Of a stretch of 64,000 nucleotides of DNA, positions 55,433 to 64,000 are shown in pieces (within the stretch, counting starts at the first letter, position 1; each line of letters starts with the position of its first letter). The notes below the pieces were generated by a model. The model ran no database searches, was not told the DNA's origin, and worked only from the letters and a program-made list of their open reading frames with translations. The stretch is from Octopus vulgaris (lineage: Eukaryota), in NCBI GenBank assembly GCA_951406725.2, contig OX597821.1, forward strand, positions 70,866,001-70,930,000, read 5' to 3'. A program made the position numbers and the translations under genes.

Positions 55433-55485
55433 AACACACACAAGTGTGTGTATAGGGTAGAAAATATTTTAGCAGAGAAACTCTT

Positions 55486-55566
<81 letters not shown>

Positions 55567-55952
55567 AATATATATATATATACATACATTGGTCATTGAC
55601 CATTAGATGCTTTTACGTGAATCATAGCGAATTAATTGCTATTGAAATAAACATTCTAGTTAAGAATCTAATACATTTTAAATTATCCTTCAGTATTTAT
55701 AGAACAACGATATTCAATGTATATTCGGAGTATATTGTTGTTCTATAAATAATATAGAGTTACAACACGATTCGTTGAACAAACTAATTTGAAAATGAAC
55801 TCGAAGCTTGTTTTAAGTAAATTTTAATTTGATAAATAGCAATGCGAAGAGTGGAAGCACTTTTCTTTCTTTCTCTCACTAAATACACACGCACACACAC
55901 GCGCACATACACATATATATTCAAATTTACATATATATACATACATACATAC

Positions 55953-55998
<46 letters not shown>

Positions 55999-56215
55999 AT
56001 ATATATATATATATACACGTATATATATATATACTTATATGTGTGTGTATACGTAGGTGTGTGTGTGTGTGTGTATGTGCGTGTGTGTGTGTGTGTGTGT
56101 GTGTTTGTGTGTGTGTGGAGCAAGAGACTATCAATGAAGATACCGATTTATATTTACTCGGCAGCACATCAATAAATGTATATTCGCCCAAACACAAAAT
56201 CACAGATTCATATGT

Positions 56216-56259
<44 letters not shown>

Positions 56260-56715
56260 GGTGTAAAGGAAGGGAGAGAGAGAAAGAGAGATGGAGATGG
56301 AGATGAAAGTTTGTGTTGTGCTATCAGTGTGTGGTTGACTGGGTGCATGTGTGTATATATATATCGGTACGTATGTATTTATGCATGTATGTATGTTTCT
56401 TCTATTTTGTAATTATTATAAATCTTCCACTGAGGAGGGAACCAGTTTCCAACAAAAATACAAGGCTCCATCTTTGGGATGTAATTAACACAGACAAATT
56501 CACATTTGGAACTCGAGAAAAGTCTTACATATTTTTATTGTTCTACTCACAGATTGCACTTGTAATGTGCGAATTAGCCGGTCGATTTCTCTTGAATGTA
56601 TGTATGTATGTATGTATGTATGTATGTATGTATGTATGTATGTATGTATGTATGTATGTATGTATGTATGTATGCATGTATGTATGTATGTATGTATGTA
56701 TGTATGTATGTATGT

Positions 56716-57216
56716 GGGTACAACCTGTTGCATGGTCGGGTCGTTGGCGTCTAAACCAGCAACCCCACCATGCTTGCTTGGTGAGGAGGGTGTTTATTGG
56801 ACACCCTGCGGGATGAAAAACAAAACCCGTCAAAGGGCGGAGGAACTCTTGAGAATCAACGGCCATCCAATAAATGCCTTAAGGTTGTATCATGCGCGGG
56901 GACATAGAAATAGTCGGACTGAATACCCGATCGCGCGGTTAAACCATTGGGAGTGAAGGACTCCTAGCCTTTGTTAGGGCATCCTTCTCGGAAAAGGTAA
57001 CTCAGGAAACTGGGATAACTCCGACATAAAACGTGTGGCTCAGTGGTTACCGATGATGTTGACTTGTTCTTCTTTTCGGATTATGGCTGGTGTTGCTTAG
57101 TGAGTGGGATTGACTCAGTGCACAGATATTGCACATATATTGCACTGATATTGCACGATAACATTGATTAAGCTTCGTGCAATGGCCATACTCGATAACG
57201 AAGGGACAGCCACCAT
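56716..57216 (+). mobile_element. RTE-derived non-autonomous retroelement in (TATG)n, 5'-truncated
   Basis: Near-identical to the reverse complement of 46442-46935. Flanked on both sides by (TATG)n. Confidence 0.85.
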
Positions 57217-57221
57217 GTATG

Positions 57222-57255
<34 letters not shown>

Positions 57256-57899
57256 TGTATGTATGTATGTATGTATGTATGTATGTATGCATGTATGTAT
57301 GTATGTATGTATGTATGTATGTATGTGTCTATGTATGTATTTATGTGTCTATGTATGTATGCATGCATGTATATATGTATGTATGCATGTATGTATGTAT
57401 GTATAATATTGTATAAAAAGTAAACTTGACCAATTCTAAGGACAAAGACTTCATTGTATTTGATGCTGTAATAATGTAAGTTTCATTACGTTTTTTCATT
57501 CATTTATTAATCTTGAAATAAAGTGAAAGAGAGAAATTCTCCGCATTCGCTCGATCTTTTTTTTTTTCTGTAGTTTCAGCTCAGAGCTGCGGCTATGCTG
57601 ATGCACCGCCGTTAATGATTTACACGTGCAGAGAGATCTTGTAGAAATATTCACCGAATATGCATTACATCAGACCCTACTATCTTAAGGAGCGGGACAC
57701 ACTGGAGAATGTAATACTAGTTACACAAAAGAAGCGGGAAGGTCACAGCTTCTGAGCTTTGATCATAGGTCTGCTCAATAATGACTTCTGTGGATTGGCT
57801 AAATATCAACAGCTTTAGAAATGCGATGTCTAAACCAACCACTTTATTCCTGGTCATTGCGTTCAGTTTTTATATAAATTTGAATGTTCCGTTTATTTT

Positions 57900-59150
57900 A
57901 TTATTTTTCCCCCTTTCATTGTATTTTATCACTTTGCAATAATTCTAAATATAAAATTCTGTCATTCTGGTCTAATTTTCTAATTGCAATGTCTCGATCT
58001 AATTTAATATTCTTAATTTTAATTAATTTACTAAGTTCGACCAACTTTAACGTATTTTGTCGCGCTCCATATTCAATTTAATATCTTAACTGAATACATG
58101 AACAAGTTTTAATACATAACCCAGATAGGCCTTATCCTTTGCAAAGATCTTCTATTTCATCTCTTGAATAAATTATTCATAATTTATTCGTAATATTTAT
58201 AACTATGGGTTATTAACTATTTATAACCAAATTTTTTTAACAGAGTCATAATGAAGCGAATCGAATGGATATTAGGTTTTCCTTGAAAGTCTCCTTTTAT
58301 TATCAGCTTGGTTGTATCTGTTTGGCCTGCAGGGATACCACTGAGTTCCATTTCAACATGGCAACAATGAGATACTGTGTTAATATTACGGCTGCTTTAT
58401 TTATATGCAGTTCTCAATATCCAACAGCGTATAATGTTATCAAATGCTTTTCGGTAATCATTCCATGACATACTAAGGCTTTTTTTATTATCTCTTTTTG
58501 CTATCTTCGATAATTGCTCGCTTAACCCGAAATTACTCTTTACAAGCATCCATGTTTTTCCGACACATCTTCTGATCAAGTAAAGTCTTATGACTTTCAA
58601 GTTAAGCAGACATCTTGTTGCAGTGTAGGTGTAATTTTTGCATGTTATTGAGAAATAAAATATATCTCTTAGTCTCAGGGCTCCATTGTAATTTTGATTC
58701 GAGAAATCAATATTATTTTCCCCTCTAATAACCATAAGGTAGATGTTAATTCTAGTCTGCTTACAAATTCATTTAAAGATGTTGCCGCACATGCATAAAT
58801 ATCGATTAACTCTTTCAGCCAGAAACTAGAACTTTTCTCAATTCCGGAATCTTTCCATTTCTTTCCACTATTTATAGTGCCGTTGAATTCCTCCCTGGCA
58901 TAGATGAGCCTTGCTTGCGGTGTTATTGTATTTTCGTATCTCTTTCTTTTCTAAAACCATTCTACTTTCGACTGTACTGAATATTTTTCTCCCAATAAAC
59001 CTCAACTTCCGCTACATCGGTGGATCATGGTGGAGATGATATCTGTGAAATTTTCATTATTTATTTCAATAAACTTCTCACACTTCTCGAAGATTCATAA
59101 TCAGAATGACTTTGCTGATATAATCGGATGAAGTCATTTATTTAAGCTCT
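57900..59150 (-). pseudogene. Highly decayed R4/Dong-type LINE RT fragment
   Basis: Minus strand: SITCKNYTY, KKSLSMSWNDYRKAFDNI (WIDY.KAFD motif), and downstream SYKY. Confidence 0.7.
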
Positions 59151-59184
59151 TGGACATCTTTGTTTTTAATATTATGTTGTTTTT

Positions 59185-59400
59185 TTTATTTTACCTATTT
59201 TTGTCATTGGACAGCAGCCACCAGGCTTTTGGGGCTTCCACATAGTTTCCGCCCACCAAAATCACTCACAAGGCACTGGTCGTCCCGAGGTTTCAATAGA
59301 AGACACTTGCTCAAGGCGTCGCACCGTGGCACTGAACCTAAAATCACGTTATTTGGAAATGAGCTTTTCTTTAGATTTCGATTCACAACCAAACCTTTTC
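59185..59400 (-). mobile_element. SINE family C, internally deleted
   Basis: CCAAAATCACTCACAAGGCACTGGTCGTCCCGAGG..AGAAGACACTTGCTCAAGGCGTCGCACCGTGGCACTGAACC. Confidence 0.7.
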
Positions 59401-59851
59401 ATATGAGAAAGAAATGCAAGTCAGAATTATGCACTCAGTGCCAAGCGCATGTAAAGACGGAATTCGCCGCCGCTCATATTGACAACCAATGCCTGGATAA
59501 TCACCGGCCTTGCAATTAGCCGCTCGGCTGAATATAATACAATATGCTACATCAAATATTATACTATATTATGTTATAATATATTATATTTTATTATTAT
59601 ATCATATCATATCATATAGTGAAATATAATATAATACGATATGAAATATAACAGCCTTCCGTCTGATCGTCATTACTCAAAGAATTTCAAAGAATCAGGA
59701 AATGACTGTGAAAATATTGAAGATATTTGTTGTTGGTGTCATCCTCTTGTTGGCTGTTTTAATGCAGCCATTAAACGGAAAGGGTCACGTGTCACAAAAA
59801 CAAAAGATCAAGTTCAGAAGATTTCTAAACTGTTCATTATTGTTGTTGTTG

Positions 59852-59882
<31 letters not shown>

Positions 59883-60072
59883 CAATGATTTCTTAACATG
59901 TATCCTTTCAGTTTGTGCCTCCCCACTCACCTTGTCCTATATTACCATTGGATCCAGCGAAATTCCGGACTCGCACGCGCACAGGCGTACTCACGCACGG
60001 ATGCGCGCACCCTTAGTGAGTGAAATAGATAGAACAATGATTGTCTTGCTATCACTTTCAATAATTTGCCTT

Positions 60073-60112
<40 letters not shown>

Positions 60113-60360
60113 GTCTCTCTTTTTCTCTCTTTCTCTTTCTCTCTCTCTCTCCCTCCCTCGCGCTCTCTCTCTTCCTCCCTCTCCCTCGCTCAGGTTCTCT
60201 CTTTCTCTCTCCCAATTCTTAATCTATATTCATTGAGTCAAATAGTCTAAAGACAACAGTATTATATATGTGGGTTTTTATAAATACATACATACATACA
60301 TACATACATATATTCATGCATGCATACATACATACATACATACATACATACATACATACA

Positions 60361-60394
<34 letters not shown>

Positions 60395-60632
60395 CATACA
60401 TACATACATCAACTATTTTGAAACTAAAAGATCGAAAGAATATTAGTGGAACTTAAAAATTGAAACCTTCACAAAGTGAAAACAGAATTGGCTTAGATGT
60501 CGTTGTGTGGGATCACAAGGAAAAAGCATGCTTTGTTGGGGAAACCAGTTGGACACAAATGTGGTTGGAAAAACACAGGAGGGGGAAACAAACAACCGCA
60601 ACCAATCGAGATTCTCGCTAGGATTTGTAATA

Positions 60633-61921
60633 TTGGGTTGGCAACTAAGTCCTCACCGTTTTTTTTTTTATTTAAATTTTTAAAAGGTTTAATAAAAAAA
60701 ATAACAACTAATTAATCAATAATGTATTCACCCTTGTTGTTTACAACTTCTTCCCAACGTTCAACAAGATTTTCAATACCTCGTTGGCAGAAATCACCTG
60801 ATTTCGACTCGAAAAATTGATCCAACCAAGCTCTCAATTCTGCATCAGTATTGGACGAAACTCCGCGCATAGCATTTGAAAGATATCGAAAGAGGTGGAA
60901 ATCCGTTGGTGCCAAATCAGAAGAGTACAGCGGATATGGCAACACTTCCCCGCCATGCGTTTGAATGGCTTCCTTGGTCATATTGGCGATATGAGAGCGG
61001 GCGTTGTCGTGCAGCACAAGAACCCCATGCTGGTGATTAGGTCTTTTCTCTTGAATAGCCGTGTTGAGTCGTTCCATCTGCTGAACATAGAGTTCCATGT
61101 TGACTGTTTGGTTCTGTTCAAACAATTCGTAATGGATAATCCCTTCCCAGTCCCACCATACGCACAACATCGTTTTACGCGGATGAAGATCTTGTTTCAC
61201 ACGCGGTGTCGCTTGTTTACCGGGGGCTATGCTATTCCTTACGCTGCTTCATATTGATGCACAGGCACCATTTTTCATCGCCAGTAACAATTCGGTAAAG
61301 AAATCGTTGCTTGTGTCCATGAGTTGAGTGGTGACTAGAAAGCAAACCAGCAGAGATTGTGGCTTGTTGATTTTTGTTGTTGTCACTTAAAGCATGCGGA
61401 ACACATGCTCCATAATTCTGAACCTTTCCCGTCAAGTGAAGATGCTTTTCTATAGCAGTGTGGGAGCGTTCCATTTTCTCTGACAGTTCCCTTGTCGTCT
61501 GGTGAGAATTTTTGTGCAAAAGTTGGTTTAATCGCTCTTCATCGAACTCAACTGGACGGCCAGAACGAGGTGTGTCTTTCAGGTCAAAATTTCCATTTTT
61601 GCACTTGGCATTCAAATCAGGAGCGGTTCTTTCATCTATGGCACCCTCTCCATATACAGCACAAATGTCCCGAGCAGCTTTTGCGGCCTTAGAATCTTGA
61701 TTAAAAGCAAAAAGGAGGTGTCAAAAATGCTCGTTTTTCTTAACTTGACATTCCGTTTTAATGATCTTAAAATAAACAAAAATTAACTAGAAAAAAAAAA
61801 AAACAAAACAGATTTCAAAATGATTCAAAAATAGAATTCTCGAAAAAATAGATTCCAAAATTTAAAAACGCAATAAATTCCAAAATTTAAAAAAACCGCG
61901 GGAACTTAGTTGCCAACCCAA
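60633..61921 (-). mobile_element. Full-length (1289 bp) mariner transposon, mellifera-subfamily-like, TA target-site duplication
   Basis: TA|TTGGGTTGGCAACTAAGT ... ACTTAGTTGCCAACCCAA|TA, with an internal transposase. Confidence 0.95.
60712..61756 (-). pseudogene. Mariner D,D34D transposase, inactivated
   Basis: (ACG)ECQVKKNEHF*HLL..PRSGRP..CVPHAL..IVTGDEKW..HPRKTMLCVWWD..HDNARSH-[34 aa]-YSSDLAPTDFHLF. Start codon is lost, there are two in-frame stops, and a frameshift lies near 61200-61232. Confidence 0.93.
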
Positions 61922-61939
61922 TATTTTTCATTTCGGTTG

Positions 61940-62166
61940 CTGAATAAAAAAACATGGCTCGGGAGACCTCGGTTCGGGTGATTCTTCTGAGTCACCTTCT
62001 CATCCTTGTACGACATTCTGTCACCCATATACAGTCGTGCGGACTGGATCAGGAGAAATGAAGTGCTTTGCGCTCGAGAACACAATGCACAGCCGGTCAC
62101 GGAATCGACACCGTGATCTAGGGATCGCAAGAACGTCGCCGTAACCACTAATCCACGTGCCTTCAC
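61940..62166 (-). mobile_element. tRNA-derived SINE (family B-related)
   Basis: Minus strand GTGAAGGCACGTGGATTAGTGGTTACGG..GTGTCGATTCCG..TGTGTTCTCGAGCGCAAAGCACTTCATTTC. Confidence 0.72.
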
Positions 62167-62309
62167 TTATTCGAGAACCAGGATGCACAGCAAGCCGCCT
62201 GGGTTGAACTTCGATTCTTGAAGAGAGAAGGTTATTCCTTAATTCATAAACTACAAATGATCACGATATCAAGGAACAAAAAATCCGAAAGACCTCCGAA
62301 AGATTGAAA

Positions 62310-62498
62310 AGCGCATACGTGGCTGTATGGTTCCGGGTTCAGTCCCACTGCGTAGCACTTTGGGCAAATATCTTCTACTATAGCCCCGCTCTACGAAAGA
62401 CTTGTGAGTGGATTTGGTACACAGAAACTGAAAAGAAGCCCATCGTATACATGTGTGTGCTGTGTATGTGTATGTGCGTGTGTATGTGCGTGTGCGTA

Positions 62499-62529
<31 letters not shown>

Positions 62530-62710
62530 CTTTGTGTCTTTGCTTGACAACAGGTGTTAGTATGTTTACGTTCCCGTAACTTGCCATTTCAACTAGAAAG
62601 AATAAGAACCAGAGTTTAAAACCTATCAGTGCTGAGCTGATCGTTCAATTAGAATTCTTCTACGCGGTGCTCCAGCATGGCAGCAGTTTTATGACTAAAA
62701 CAAGTAAGAA
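62310..62710 (+). mobile_element. SINE family C
   Basis: CGTGGCTGTATGGTTCCGGGTTCAGTCCCACTGCGTAGCAC..(GT)n..GCGGTGCTCCAGCATGGCAGCAG..ACAAGTAAGA. Confidence 0.82.
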
Positions 62711-62817
62711 AAAGAAACGGAAAACAAGATGACTTCCTTCACAACTTTGCAACCAAGAAAGTAAATGACTGCTCAAATTTAACTGTAAATTAAAATTAGA
62801 AAGAGAAGTAATGCACA

Positions 62818-62878
<61 letters not shown>

Positions 62879-62887
62879 AGGTTATGA

Positions 62888-63044
62888 GAGGTAATGGTGT
62901 CAGTAAGACCCAAAGGTGTCAGGTAAGGCTGAGTAAGTGCTATGGATAGACCACAGTTAAGCTCCAGGTTCGGGGATTATGCGAATAAGGAGTCTTACTG
63001 ACACCATAACCTCCATTTCTCGCTATTGTAAGCACTTATCTCAG
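62888..63044. repeat. Two interleaved inverted-repeat pairs next to (TA)n
   Basis: Pair A: 62888-62909 with 62992-63013 (21/22 match). Pair B: 62929-62941 with 63031-63044 (13 bp, one bulge). Confidence 0.75.
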
Positions 63045-63315
63045 TAATGGATAAACAATTCCTTGGCATTTCTCTTAAGAACACACCTATTCCTTCACAA
63101 AAGACTTTCCTCTTACTCCTCCTTACCAAAACTTAGGATCTCATCCGAAGAATGGGATGGAAGGCTTTCTTCCACGACAATCAAAAATGCAGAACTGAAC
63201 CATTTTCTCACACCGTCTCCGATGAAGGGATATAATAAATATCCTGGAAACAGCAGTAAGACGTTCTATAGATGTTCTAAAATCCTCACAGCCTTGTTTT
63301 TTTATTTCATTCTGA

Positions 63316-63346
<31 letters not shown>

Positions 63347-63570
63347 TATATATATATATGTATGTATGTATATAAGTATGTATATATGTGTATATATATA
63401 TGAATAGATATGTATATATACATATATATATATATACTATTTTCTTAAATAGATGCGAACTCTTTTCTCCATGTGATCGGCTTGAAAAAATGTTAAGACA
63501 CTAGGACATGTTGCTACTTTTCTTATCATGAAACTAATGGTAGCCTTGATTCACAAATAAAGATATTTAT

Positions 63571-63658
<88 letters not shown>

Positions 63659-63751
63659 ATATATATATTATATATTATATATATGTGTGTGTGTATAAAC
63701 AAGTTTGTATGCATGTATGTATGCATGTATGTATGTATATATGTATATATG

Positions 63752-63786
<35 letters not shown>

Positions 63787-64000
63787 GCATACACATACAT
63801 GGAAATCCCTACAGAATGTGTATACATACATCTTAGTGCACACATCACACGCTACGAACACATATACAACCACATAGTAATCCTACCTCGTCAGATGCAC
63901 CCGTATACACGCACACTCATAAACGCACACATTATACACATAATCTAACATTGGCAAACATTCACCAACAATCATAGATATACCCTGATAGATATATACA

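Noticed and set aside
60712-61200. SETMAR-like or active transposase gene
   Set aside because: It lies within TIRs, has no SET domain, has lost its start codon and carries stops and a frameshift.

Overview
This is AT-rich, microsatellite-dense eukaryotic DNA. The tRNA-derived SINE families and the (TA)n/(TAA)n/(CATA)n/(GATA)n load look like an Octopus genome (inference from recalled repeat families, no search run). I found no convincing host protein-coding exon, and almost all listed ORFs are microsatellite artefacts. The window is intergenic or intronic and made of: several SINE families; at least eight decayed R4/Dong-type restriction-like-endonuclease LINE fragments, mostly in or beside (TAA)n arrays; RTE-clade LINE pieces and RTE-derived short elements; a CR1/L2/Jockey-type RT remnant containing a 29-bp minisatellite; a full-length defective D,D34D mariner; mariner-type MITEs; Helentron/HINE-like pieces; and a Penelope-like RT-thumb/GIY-YIG remnant. 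The most notable signal is a set of short non-coding elements in (TA)n tracts, built from long inverted or direct repeats. Several carry type-I hammerhead ribozyme cores (CUGANGA...GAAA...NUH): a sense/antisense pair in a 214-bp-arm hairpin at 1.7-2.2 kb, a well-formed one at 40.9 kb, and variant or decayed cores at 23.8, 39.2, 43.7 and 46.1 kb. These look like non-autonomous Penelope-dependent, retrozyme-like elements. Boundaries of decayed repeats are approximate.
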